In this document: in pieces, positions 10,800-24,300 of the stretch
Numbering within the stretch: position 1 is the stretch's first letter
Layout of the letters: every line of letters begins with the position of its first letter
Notes under the pieces: generated by a model
What the model saw: the letters and a program-made list of their open reading frames with translations, nothing else
Told to the model about the DNA's origin: nothing
Databases searched by the model: none
Made by a program: the position numbers and the translations under genes
NCBI GenBank assembly: GCA_002633005.1
Contig: NMRA01000006.1
Coordinates: 1,384,442-1,448,441, forward strand
Reading direction: 5' to 3'
DNA length: 64,000 bases
Source of the DNA: Phoronis australis
Lineage: Eukaryota; Animalia; Phoronida

Positions 10800-11803
10800 A
10801 TTACCACAGGCTCGAACTCACGACCTGGTGTAGGCAATGACCATCGCCTCTGTTGGCCCGAACCAGAGGCGATGCAGAGGCTATAGGCGCTCTGTACGCC
10901 GGAAGCTTTTCGGCGAATTATGCCTCGCACCGACTAAACCATCTAAGTCACGTTGCTATAAATACCTTTTGCGCATAGAGGAACACTTTAGGAGGTTGTC
11001 GATGTGTTTAATTCCTTCCAACTCGAACAAATACTCCCGTTATGAAACTTTTTCTTCGAGCAGTCCCTATTTCAGTTCCCAAAATCGTGAAATCAACTTT
11101 TTCATTTTTTTAACCAGGCCGAAGGTCAGAAGTTGCGGACCTACCGGCGAACTTTGAAAGCTGAAGTTTCCGCCCTTCGCGTACGTGCTGCCGGGAACCA
11201 GCCGTGCATTTGCCGTGTTGTTAAACATTAAAATGTCAAATATGTGCACAAAGACTATTAAATGTCATATCAACAGCATTTATTTTTATCAAATACAAAC
11301 AATAATTCATTGAAATACAATCAGTTTCAAGTAAGGCCAATTAAAGACAAGTATAAGTGGTGGCATTTTGGAAACGAACATTTGACTGACGAGACCGCAA
11401 TGGCTCACCTTTGGCCTATTTAAAGATTGAGGTCATGAAGTCACATCACCTAGCGAGCGCGGTAAAAATTGGAGCGTGCGCAGTATAAAAATGGTGAGTT
11501 CACGATTTTGGGAACTGAAATAGGGACTGCTCGAAGAAAAAGTTTGATAACGGGAGTATTTGTTGGAGTTGGAAGGAATTAAACACATCGACAACCTCCT
11601 CAGGTGTTCCTCTATGCGCAAAAGGTATTTATAACAACGTGACTTTGATGGTTTAGTCGGTGCGAGGCATAATTCGCCGAGAAGCTTCCGGCGTACAGAG
11701 CGCCTATAGCCTCTGCATCGCCTCTGGTTCGGGCCAACAGAGGCGATGGTCATTGCCTAGACCTGGTGGACAGAGCGCGCGTGCATTACCACTACACCAC
11801 CAC
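10800..11803 (-). pseudogene. tRNA-like / tRNA-SINE head split by the foldback insertion
   Basis: Removing 10831-11768 gives minus strand GTGGTGTAGTGGTAATGCACGCG...GGTCGTGAGTTCGAGCC: A-box and B-box-like motifs, but no clean anticodon arm or acceptor stem. Confidence 0.6.
10831..11759. mobile_element. Foldback/Mutator-like non-autonomous element with ~265-bp TIRs and 9-bp TSD GACCTGGTG
   Basis: Arms ~10831-11098 and ~11492-11759 are near-perfect reverse complements; GACCTGGTG at 10822-10830 and 11760-11768. Confidence 0.92.
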
Positions 11804-12189
11804 GATTTAATTTCTACCGTAATACTAAAAGACCTACTAGTACTTGTTTATGGTCCACAGCGTTTGTGCGCGAAACCTACTTCTTTTTGTAATGCTTATT
11901 ACACGTTTTATATTTTGTGCAATCGGTTCGTAGCAAATTTGTTGTATTTAAAATAGTCTTCAATTGGCACAAGTCAAAAGACCAAATCCGTTTTTCGTGT
12001 TGGCAATAATGAAGGATTGCTTTGGAAATCGTCTTAAGTTAAGGTTTGAAAAAGAGAGAATTATGAGTTTCTGAGTGATTCACTAAGGATTCGATTAAAA
12101 TTCACATCTTACCAGCAGCTTCTGTTTTTTCATCGTCACTCAGGTTCCATTTTCTTTAAAAAATGAAGCAATTTTCTTCATTGCGCAGT

Positions 12190-12340
12190 GGAGCAGACGA
12201 CGGAAACGGAGTCGTAGTGCGCAGCGCCACTGCCGGTCGACGCCGCGCGTACTGAGCTGCAGCGCCGTCTTTTGGGGGCCACAAACTTAACGGAAGTACA
12301 TAATTCCAAAACGAGGCGTTGCGATACACACGATGGCGGT
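12190..12340 (+). promoter_or_regulatory. Probable DNAAF5 core promoter / 5'UTR
   Basis: Locally GC/CpG-rich; ETS-type CGGAAGT at ~12291; YY1-like GATGGCGG over the ATG; no TATA box. Confidence 0.4.
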
Positions 12341-15300
12341 AGCGGCAGAAATGAGTGCCGATGAAATTCTTCAAAGCCTAGCAAGGCATGTTAACTGTTT
12401 AGGAGATGAAAACAGGAATACTCGCAAGAGAGCGCTTGAAGGAATTAAGAAGGACACTTTTGGTAGAAAACCGCAAGTGTCTCCAGAGACAATTCAGTCC
12501 GTAATGAACACTATTCTTCGCCAGATTCTGAAACTTGCCTCGGACCCTGTCGAAAAATGTCGCGAGCTTTCAATTGATCTTCTTACAAAGTATGTCGATA
12601 CCGTGCCCAAACCCGATGAAATACTGCCTTCTTTAATGCCAGTGTTTGTTCAAAGACTTGGACAACAAGAAATAGTGGAACAATCGGAAGAACTGCGATT
12701 ATCAATGTCGGAACTTCTCTCAAAAGTTGTTGCCGTTTCAAAACTAAACATTGCCATTTTTATAGACGACATGGTTAAAATGTTGCAACGTCTCATAGAA
12801 GATCCATTTCCAGAAGTTAAAAAAGAGAGTTGCCGATGTGCATCTGCTCTTGCAAAGTCTGTACCTCAAGCTTTTTATTCACAGTCGGAGAATTTGATCA
12901 AGCCATTGTTGCATTCTGTAACACATCAACATTCTAGAGTTCGAGTGGAGGTTATTAGTGCTATCTGTGAGTATTACAACAGGGATCTACCAAGTCAAGT
13001 TATTTACTATACTGCAGGGAATGCATCAAAAATGTTTAGACTGAAATGAAAAATAATTTGGTACTAATATCTTGAGCCTGAGACTTAAGTCCGGTTTAGA
13101 CATCAACTTTTGGTCCAGCGCAACAGACACGGAACAATTTGATCGGTGGCAAGCAGCCGTTTACACACGCAACTCACTGTGGCAAGACGGAATTTGTAGG
13201 CTGGAGAGTGGAACCCATATACGCAGGTTTACAAGTGGTGGGCATTGCAGAGACAGAGAACCCATATGTAGGTCATTGCACAAGTGCAGTAGGGATGATC
13301 CTTTCCGCCTTGCCCCAGTTTCACGTTTAGACACATAATTGACATGGAGCTCAATGATTGAGCGCAAATTGCTCTACCTCACGAACAGGTGGCAAAAGTT
13401 GCCACTTCTGTGTCAGTTTGCATCAGGTCAGTCCTGTTTACACACATACTTGCGCTAGAACATCTCGTTCCATGTCAGTTGATCGGTGTAAACTTTTGTA
13501 GTGTAAACAGCTCTGTAGTTCTCCAGCTGGCTGTATGAAGACTTGCATCTAAATACAGCTAGGGACCGCTAAGTGTTAACCTCACACAGACCTCGAAATT
13601 TCGCACCACCTGGGTAGTTCTGCTCTTCACTTCGTCGTGAAATGTATATCAACGTGTAGAGCTAACAATCAATGGGGATGCATGCAAAATCTGGCAGTCA
13701 AGCAACATTCACTGTTACAGCCATATAAAATGATTTCAATGTAATAAATGTCATTTTATTGCATAATCTGCTGGATTTTTGTCTGTTGTTGACTTGAAAA
13801 CGTCTGCTAATTTTTACGAAATCTTTCAGAAGATGATGAGAGCTTTGGTGAAGCTTAAGTTTGCCTTTAAATTTGGTGGCTGGTTTTAAAAAATAACAAA
13901 AACTGTTAAAGAAGTAAAACCAGTTAACATAATTTGTGTTGATTGAACATTCTGTGAAAAAAGAAACTGGCCAATAGGTGACGCTCTATTTCATGGTGCT
14001 GAAAGACTACGCATGAGATCACTCTACAAATTTAGCTGCAGAACAATAGTAGAATGACAAATTTTAGCTCTACTAAATAAGTTAGTGTAGTACACTAATT
14101 TTGTGTCAGATTTTATTTGTCCTTTTTTTACCCACAGCTTTGCAGCAAGGCTATTTACCAGCCAGCTAGTTGTATGGGGATTCTATTGTCGAAGTACTGG
14201 TATCAGCACTCACAATGTGAACCACTTAACAATGCTTGACTAATGTACCTTTACTGTTCTATGATTGGATGAACCACAGTAGGAGTTAAGTATCAAAAAT
14301 TTGTTGGTGCAAATTTACCAAAACATTGAATAGTTCATTTCTGTTTGCTTACGAGCGTAAAGGTTTCAGAAACTAACTAATAATGAGAGAAACCATGGGT
14401 TATCTAGGTTTAACTGAAATGTTAACATGCTCATTACTAGTTATATTTCTGTATGTTCTTTTTCAGGCAATGTCATTCAATACGGACACAACAAAAACGT
14501 TGACGACGTCGTCTCACATCTTGCTCAGAGGTGTTTTGACCAAGCTCCAGCTGTACGCAAGGCTGTGGTCAGCCTTGCTGGGACATGGCTACTGGACCTC
14601 CCAGATCGGTACTCCTTTTTTCACAAGCTGATGCCGTTACTTTTAACCGGTTTAACCGATGAGGTGCCAGAGATCAGCGAGCTTGCTGATGCCTTGTGGC
14701 ATGATGTTGGTATGCATTTACAAATTTCTTGCCACCTTGTTTCCTTTGTACATGTACTTGTGTGTGTTTGCGGCAAAGTTTTCTTTAATTCAAGTGAAGT
14801 AAAACATGCATAGGTCGGGCGCGAATTTTAACTTAGCTCTGGCAAAGTTCACTGAGTGATACTGTTGTTCAAGCTCATGCACTTGGTCCTTCCGTTAAGT
14901 CTCATTTTGCCTTACCTTGACAAAATCTTGCGATCCAGTTGGATGTGACTTATTTGTGTTTTACTATTAGTATTGGTTCATCTGGTGATAGTTGTCGGTC
15001 ATTAATGCCACAGAAGTAGCTTATTAAATACAAATTAAAATTACAAAATGGTTAATATGGTGAAGTTCGTGAACAAAAATTTTGAAAGTGATGAGCGTTT
15101 TTAGGTTTATTTTCCGCATGTTCATTATTGTGCTTGTGTTACTGAGCTCAGACAAGTAGGAGAAAGGTTTATCATTATTTTGTAAATAACTATCATTCGT
15201 CACAGATAGATAGTTGCTTATATGCTGCTTAAATGTATAAAATTAAAAAAATCAAAGGAATAATTTCGCTGTGGAAGAAAACACCGCAATACATTGTTTA

Positions 15301-18300
15301 TTTTGGCTATTAAAGTACTGCTGCACTTATCACCCAGAGTGCTTAATTTGGGACAGGCATTCATCCAGGATTTCAAAAATAGGGTGTCCAAAATGGTTTC
15401 CAATTTCTCGAGGTGTCCGAGATCAATGGCATGTTGCATCATAACTTTGCTAGATCAATGGCATGTTGCATCATATCTTTGCTAGATCAATGGCATGTTG
15501 CATCATATCTTTATGGTAGATCAATGGCATGTTGCATCATATCTTTGGTAGATTAATGGCATGTTGCATCATATCTTTGGTAGATTAATGGCATGTTGCA
15601 TTATATCTTTGCTAGATCAATGGCATGTTGCATCATATCTTTGGTAGATTAATGTCATGCTTCACATCCTAGAGACAAATAAAACATGGCCAAATTGTAG
15701 AAAAGAGGTTAGCTTCTAGAATTTAGTGATCACAGACAGCAGTCAAGTAGGGTGACATTTGTTATGCGTAGTATTTTTAAATGTTTGCTTAAAAACATTG
15801 AGGGCTTTTTGCACGTGTCAAACGCTTTCACTGTTTTATACTCAATAACGATGATATTTCAACATATGATCCTAGAGAGTAATTATTTCATGTCTTCTTC
15901 AATAACGAGCAGTCTCAGCAAGGTTCTGCTGAAACTGATTGATTGTTGCTCAGTGGTAAGTGAGTTGCGAAGTTTTGGGGAGCTACGACTGAGGGCACAT
16001 TTAATGTAGTTGTGTGTGTGTTGGGGATGACCGGTAAGCTGAGCATGGGTGTTAACCCAGACAGGTATGGCAGGTATGGTGTGTAACAAGCAACACTTGG
16101 CTGGACGTATTAGGGTTGGAGCTCAGCTGTGCTGCAGTTGTAGAGTTGTGTACAAGACTTTAATTTGTTTTTTCCAGGCATTAAGTATGGGCGTGAGAAT
16201 GAGGACGATCTAAAGGACAAAGAAGACTTTGCCAAACCAGACCCCGTTCACTACCCACCTAATGGTAATGATGGTGTACAGATTCACAATGCAGAGAGGC
16301 CGTTGTTAGAAGCCCTTTTAATCAACAACTTATCCCCAGTCATAGCTGAAACGGTTGTCCCTGGGAATTTTTCCATGCTATGAACATTCCCTCTAAATAA
16401 GATTGGTTCTAACCCCAGTGGTTAAGGTAAACGGTGGGGTATGGAAAATTGAACTAGACCGTATTTATCCACCTTGGCTGAGTCGCGCTCGGCTCACGAT
16501 CAAAGGGATGCCGCCAAGCTGCTCTAGTCATCGAGTCACGAGCGAGGATAATTGGCTTCGCTCATGCGGATATGATCAGCTGATTACAATCTAGCTAGCA
16601 GACTGTACTTTTTATGGAGAGAGTTTTACGTAGTTTTTACTGTAATATTTGAAAAGAGGAGCGAAAACAAATATGAGTACAACTTTGAATTTTTCAAATC
16701 GGCCCAGGATAAGAGATTTTGCAACACAGCAACACTCACGATTACTTTCATTCGGCGCGCACTAATACAAAAATATAGGANATCTTTGCTAGATCAATGG
16801 CATGTTGCATCATATCTTTGCTAGATTAATGGCATGTTGCATCATATCTTTGCTAGATCAATGGCATGTTGCATCATATCTTTGCTAGATTAATGTCATA
16901 CTTCACATCCTAGAGACAAATAAAACATGGCCAAATTGTAGAAAAGAGGTTAGCTTCTAGAATTTAGTGATCACAGATAGCAGTCAAGTAGGGTGACATT
17001 TGTTATGCGTAGTATTTTTAAATGTTTGCTTAAAAACATTGAGGGCTTTTTGCACGTGTCAAACGCTTTCACTGTTTTATACTCAATAACGATGATATTT
17101 CAACATATGATCCTCGAGAGTAATTATTTCATGTCTCCTTCAATAACGAGCAGTCTCAGCAAGGTTCTGCTGAAACTGATTGATTGTTACTCAGTGGTAA
17201 GTGAGTTTTGCGAAGTTTTGGGGAGCTACGACTGAGGGCACATTTAATGTAGTTATGTGTGTGTTAGGGATGACCGGTAAGCTGAGCATGGGTGTTAACC
17301 CAGACAGGTATGGCAGGTATGGTGTGTAACAAGCAACACTTGGCTGGACGTATTAGGGTTGGAGCTCAGCTGTGCTGCAGTTGTAGAGTTGTGTACAAGA
17401 CTTTAATTTGTTTTTCCAGGCATTAAGTATGGCCGTGAGAATGAGGACGATCTAAAGGACAAGGAAGACTTTGCCAAACCAGACCCCGTTCACTACCCAC
17501 CTAATGGTAATGATGGTGTACAGATTCACAATGCAGAGAGACCGTTGTTAGAAGCCCTCTTAATCAACAACTTATCTCCAGTCATAGCTGAAACGGTTGT
17601 CCCTGGGAATTTTTCAGCAACCACCTCTTTTCTGTATAAGGGTATCCATTGAGTGTGAATACGGTCAACAATGATGAAATTTACGTCATTTACAATGTTT
17701 ATGTCTTAGAGATGAATTGAAATACATCTCATTCATAACAATATGCCAACAATGATTTCTTGGCTACGACTGGGGATACAAGCTTTGGCAAAACAGGCTC
17801 CTGATCTTAGGAGATCCATGTATCGTCCCATTGACGTCCACTTTTGGTTTCTTCAAAGCAAAATTGAATTGGAGCGAGATTTATTACTCACTGCTAAATA
17901 CGCGGAGGTCAAAAAAGCCTCTGATGACCTAGCAAAGGCAATTTTTGTGACTTTTATTTGAGTTTTGGCCAATAGTCACTTACAGGTGTCTCAGATGTTG
18001 AGAACCAGTTTGTTGCCAGTTATTCAGCAGGGAATACTGGTTCTCAAAATGCAGTATCCCAGCAAGTGGCTACAAATTTTGTATTGAAGAGTATTTTTGG
18101 AACATTGTCTTTCTTTTGTAATTGTATCAAGTTAAACATGTTTTAATGCGAGGACATTTAATACTTTTTAGTACTTTTTTTAAGAATTTGTTTTTCGTCC
18201 GTACCATGGTGGTGTATTCAATGTGATATTTTCTCTCTGTCAGTGGAGCGACCTAACCTCGGTTGTCGGTACCTGATGTTCCGTAACCAGTCCAAGATCC

Positions 18301-21300
18301 TGCCTGGTCTTGTCAAGGACCTCGGTGATTGGGTGGCGGCTACCAGAATCAAGTCGGCGTCGCTTCTCTACTACCTACTGCTCAACAACGAAGAATATAC
18401 AACTCAGCATCTGCAACTGGTGTTGACGGGAATGTACAGGGCGTGTCATGACGACGAGCGGGAGGTCGTCACGCAGGTGGGTCATGTGATCACCGAGGTG
18501 GTGACGCGTGGAGGGTTTGATATAGCGATGTTGTAGTCGTGTGTTGGGGTTGTAAGTTGATCGGAATTAATGATAAGTTATGATTTCTATGACAGTGAGA
18601 AAAAACACGCATTGGTGTGTGCTGAGGTTGCCATGGTGATGGGATGTGGAATTTTTGACTAAGCAATGTGAAAGTCCCGTCTGTTCATTAAATTCAGAAT
18701 GCACTTTGTATTGTGATCTCAACTAGAATGTGAAAAACATGCGCCAGGGCACACTTTTCATGGAGCGTTAAAGGATTCATATCGGCTAAGTTACCGTTGT
18801 CACGCTATGTCACATTACAATCACTGGGCAAGGAAGCTTAAAACTAGTTTAATTCATTAATCATACGTCTGGCACTTATTTCTATAACGTGTGTTGCTGC
18901 GAACAAAAATCTTGCCTGTTTCTATAAAAATTTGAAATAAGTTAAAAAAACGAATCGAGTCAAAATTGCATGACGTACTTAGAAGACAAAATGACTTCAA
19001 CATCGTGTTGCAGGTGGTGAGATCAGCTGAACTGCTCGGCTATTTCATTGACCCGGTTACCTGGTGTAGTCTGGTGCTATCCAATGTCAAGACTACACAG
19101 ACCTACGGTTCTTTGATGGTGCTGGCTGCTGTTGTTCGCGGGTCACAGAGGTCGCTGCTGAAACCCCACCTGGTGGACATTTGCAATACTCTGTCTCTGG
19201 AAGGAGTCTGCGCGTCTGTGGAGGTATTGAGGAGATGAGTCGCCTTTTGTTCAATAGGCTTTATTTAATACCAAATAATGGAGGATTTTTCTTTGGCCTT
19301 AGAAGTTTTGACGCTTGCGTTTTATCTGGCTTGGAACGTTTTTGGACGTTAAGTTGTGTGATTGTTCTGAAGTTGCTATGGTTTTATATTGAATCTAATG
19401 TCCTGCTATTTCTGATGCAAGAAACTGTCACCTACTCGGCTGTTTACAGTCCGGTGTTCCAAACAAAATGTGTTTTGATTTTTTTTTGTGTGCTTGACTT
19501 GCGTGCTAGGTGGTCATTGTTGAAATTACTTAGTTATTCAAAAAATGATCCAAAGGAGTTAAATCGTTAAGGAAATCTTATCTTCAATCCCATGTGAGCT
19601 AAAAACGCTGTCCTAGCCAGCTTGGTCAGGAATTAAATTTTGCTAAAATGTAGATCTTTTCAATTTTTCAAAATTTTTACTTAATCTCTGCTTGCAGTTT
19701 TGATTTTGTGTCAGCAAAAAAGTCGGAGGTGTTTAATTTCCTTGTCTTAACTTTTCAGACAAAGGTTCAAGAACAGATACTGTCATGTGTCGAGTCCTTA
19801 GTAACTGTTGTCAAGGAGGACTGCAGTGAGATCAGTCTGTCTCTGTTCACTGTTCTGATCACTGTATTAGCTCTACAGAAAGACGAGGATGTACAAACAA
19901 AGGTGAATTATAAATTAAACAATAAGAAGGGGTTTCTTTTCTTGCACAATCGCCTGGTTTTACCGTCAGATGCCCTATTCATCTTATGCTGTGATTTTCC
20001 CTTAGTGCTCGATAGCATTTTCTCCATTTTGGCGTGGTCTGTGTGTCCCAGAACCTTATAGAACAGTGCATTAAACATAGTATGTTAAATTTTGATATGA
20101 ATCCAGTCTTCCATTTCTAAATATGTTCCATATATTTCTAGAGTCCTAAATAACCCTACAGAAGATAGGTTAATGCTGTTGATATTTTGCAATGATTGTG
20201 AATCTTTGGTTCTCCTAAGCAGATTTTAATATTACGTACATTTGGCATTATTAACTACACTACACACCAAAAGTTCAGTTTCTTAATCATGACTAATATT
20301 CTGATGGTGAATTTTGTCTGCACTCAGTTGCCATTGTGGCAGATTTCGGCTCATTTTGTCTGGATTATTTTTGATACTTACTCTGTATATTCATGTAACC
20401 TTCCTGAAAGGATGCATTATGCAAAAATTGCTTTCTGACGCGTTTCTGCGTTATTATTTCACTCTTTAATGATATGGAAAATATTTACAAAATTCATGTT
20501 AGTCCAGGAACCCCGAGAAGGGTTTCAATGTGGGTAACATGTGATGAATAGTTTGAACTACACCTGAGCAAAGTTATGCACCAACTTCATTGTTTTCGCG
20601 AGTAAAGGGTAACGGGACACCAGCTTGCCTGTTCTATGTGTCACTTCAGGATTATTGTATTACCAAACTAGATAAATAATTAAATTATTAAGTTTTGGGA
20701 AGAAATTTATTGGGACTAACAGCGGAGTGGTTAATGGCTGAATTCAAATTCCAGCTTTTGAAATTGTCTTTACGAAACCTGCATCTTTTGGACGTTTTCA
20801 GGCGCATCAACTGCTGGATCTGTTGTCCCAGGCACAGAATCTACTCGACAGACAGCACTTGTTCAACCTGCACACTCAGCAGGTGTTGGCAGGTTTTCAG
20901 AACAGCTACGTACACTGGACCAACTACTCAGTGGAACGCCTCGTCTTTGACACTCTGCTGCTGGAGTCTGGTAGGTGTCAACTTCACATGTGACTGATTT
21001 GCATAATGTCTTGTCGAATTTGGTTGATGTGACGTTTCTTGCCGTTCATGAATTTTCTGAACTAGTCTTTTCAATATAGCATTTATGATTTAACTTAAAA
21101 CAATTAGGTTCACGTATACAGAAAGAGTTTGTTAACAATGCACAGCAACTTAAATATGAACTAAGCAGTCCTCAGGCTATTATAAGATAAGAGAAGTATC
21201 TTAGTTTCATGTGCTTCCTAAGTGGGTCAACGTCCGCATAGCATAATGGTCCACGTGACGACGGGAGTTGACCCATATAGGCTTTGGTAATAGGAGATCT

Positions 21301-24300
21301 ATTTTGTAAACTCTAATTTACATGAAATGAAGTGTAATCGTAGTGGAATATATGGCAATATCATTTTAAACAATGTCGGTAATGCACAGCCACTTTCCTC
21401 CCTTAACACATTATGGAGTGTCGCTGTCTATATTGACGTAGATATGGTCATCAAAACTTCCCATTCCTATGTCACGCATGCAAGAATAATTGTGTGTTTT
21501 TTGTTCAATTCTTATAGTTGTCCAACAACCAAGATTTTTTAAATAAGCGAAAACATAATTGGTCATGCCCTTTGCCCTTTATCAATGAGTCATAGACCAT
21601 TTTACCATTAGAAATTTGTAGGATTTCTGCAATGCATTATCATGGGACACCATTCAAACAAACAGAAAGAAAGAAATCAATGAAGCCATAGGAAGTACAA
21701 CTACGTTACTTTCTAGCCAACAGATGGCAGAGAACATGTACCACAATTCTCTAATCGTAAAATGGTCCATAATTTTTGTTGTTACTTGGAAAATTACATC
21801 ACTGTGTTTGATAAAATGATACTATGAAATTGATACAGTACAAGACAGACAAAATACAGTTTTCCCATTATGACGGCTAAATGTGTTCACAGCTAAAATG
21901 ACCATTAAAGATGGCTGCAAAAATTCTAATTACAAAATGGCTTAGCCACCCTTGGCTTGTACTGTATATAGTTGAAGGCATTCATTTGAAAGTGTTGCAT
22001 TCATGTTGAATAATGGATATCTCTCTATATCCCATACAGGCCCTGTGGTTGGTGAACTCCTGGAAGATGTCATTCCAGTGCTTGTCACTAACCTTCATCC
22101 AGACAAGGACGCTGAGTTACGCCTGAAGTTTTTCTCTTTGCTCTCCCGTCTGGTCATGAACGCCCCCGTTACACTAGACTCTCAGCAGAGGTATTATTGT
22201 TGTTATTGTTATTGTTATTATTGTTATTGTTATTATTGTTATTATTGTTATTATTATTATTATTATTATTATTGTTATTAATGTTATTATTATGAAAACT
22301 TACTTCCTCATAGAATCTTCTGTTGTCTGGTGATTGTCAGTGTTTCAGTCGTGACATTGGTGTTAGCAGCAATCTGAACACAGGCTGTTTCAATGTAATA
22401 ACTTTTAAATTAAATAAGAGGTGTTGGCAGTGGCCCTTTTGAGCAAATCAACGATTATAAATATTTGATATATGTTTCAGAAACAAGTTTTAGTTGTCTT
22501 GAAATAGAAAAAAACAATTTGTGACCGATTAGTATGCACTATTTTGATGGAGGGCTTCACATCCACTTGCGTTGGTCTGTTCACAAAATTGTAGGATTTC
22601 TACAATTTTCTAAACTATGTTCCTACTTATTCGAGGGTATCTTTCCACCACGAGAAACGCCCTTGTTGATGCAGCTGCAAATTTGCAAGGTGCAGGCGTA
22701 ACCAGAGATGCACAACATATTTAATTTATTTTGGGTGTTGTTCAATGTAAAATAGATGACTGTCCTACAGTCTTGGCTAAGTGTGTTTGCACCAAGCTGT
22801 GGACACATTTTTCATTTAGCTTAATCTATTTGATTTTGTCATGTGATTTTTAACTTGAACTCTTGATGATCCATTCCTGTCACTTATGTACCCAGATTTG
22901 GTGACTTTGCTGTGACCGTCGTACGTGACATGATCATCCCCAACTGTATATGGAAGGCTGGACGGACGGCGGGGGCCATCCGTACCACAGCCATCTCCTG
23001 TCTCTGGGCTCTGCTGCAGAGTGGTGTGCTTGTACCAGACAAGGTGGGTCCACAGGAAACTGGACTGTCCGTTTTGTAATGCCATCTGCTTTTGATATAG
23101 CATCCGGTCTTATCCCAGTGTTTGAAGTGGAGAATCATTATGTGTATATATTAAGCAACTGACCACAATATTCATGTTGCCCGAGGCAAAGCTCTTTGTA
23201 AACAAGTTTCAATCAGTGGCATTGAAAATATTTCCCTTTAAGGCCGTCTGTTAGTAAAGGTCGTCTGTTAGTAAAGGTCGTCTGTTAGTAAAGGTCATCT
23301 GTTAGTAAAGGTCGTCTTAAGTAATGTATACTATGGCTACAGTAACTGAGAAGCACATGACTGAATTACTACAAAGCTAAGCAGTTAATGAGCCCCTTAT
23401 AGTTTCTGAGTTCCTGCCCGCTATGTGTTCAAATGACAATATGCCACCTAGTAACCACCATGATTTCTGCTCATGCTATGGCAGGCTTATCAGTTTAACT
23501 TATTGAGTTTGTCTTCAAATGCAAGGATTTTTCTCATAGCCAAGAATCACTTCTCATCGCAGATAAGTGCAAATTTTATAGCCATGATCATTCAATTCAA
23601 AACTTGTTGTTTTTGACATCGAAAATCGTTGAAGGAGGGTACATTGGGGCATGAAAAACAACAAGTGGTTGGGTCGTTTATTAATCCCAAGTTGTTCTTG
23701 ACTTATTTTCATGAAGCGAAATAAGTGGCTTTTCGTTTTAACCAGAGTGTGTTTTTCTGCTCTACTTTGCAGCTCGCAGAGGTTATTCAGGACCTACTCA
23801 CTCAGCTCATCTCACTTATGACGGACGATAACAAAACTACGCGCCTGGTCACATGTCGTGTTATTACCCGCCTGCTGCGCCTGATGTCGTCTCATCTCGA
23901 CCGTCATCATTTGCATAATGCTTATCCTGACCTGCTGAAGCGATTGGACGACAGTTCCGACGACGTGCGCGTGGCCGCCGCACAGACATTTGTGGCATAT
24001 TTTGCTGCTTTTGAAGGCGGCTTCGACGGGGATTTGTACAAGGCTCACTTGGAAGAGATCTATAAAGGTTTGCTTGTGCATCTGGACGATCCAAGTCCAA
24101 AGATACAGGAGGCAATACTAGGTGAGACTGACACTGCTGTGCTTTGTCGAATCTTTAAGTTCCTCAGCATTTTCCGTACTGGTGTCATCTGGTTTGCTTC
24201 GGTTCTTATGGTTATGGTTATATTGGACCACAGAAAAATATTTAAATTTTTTTGACTTTGGAACATCATTCATATTTCAGAAATGGCTGATTGGATTCCT

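Noticed and set aside
10837-11753. Two mirror 106-aa ORFs (10837+ and 11753-)
   Set aside because: Produced by the inverted arms of the foldback element; non-ATG-dependent similarity with no recognisable domain.
10800-11803. Functional tRNA gene
   Set aside because: Interrupted by a 929-bp insertion, and the reconstructed unit lacks a proper cloverleaf.
15420-15655. CRISPR-like array
   Set aside because: Head-to-tail units with no spacers, inside a eukaryotic intron.
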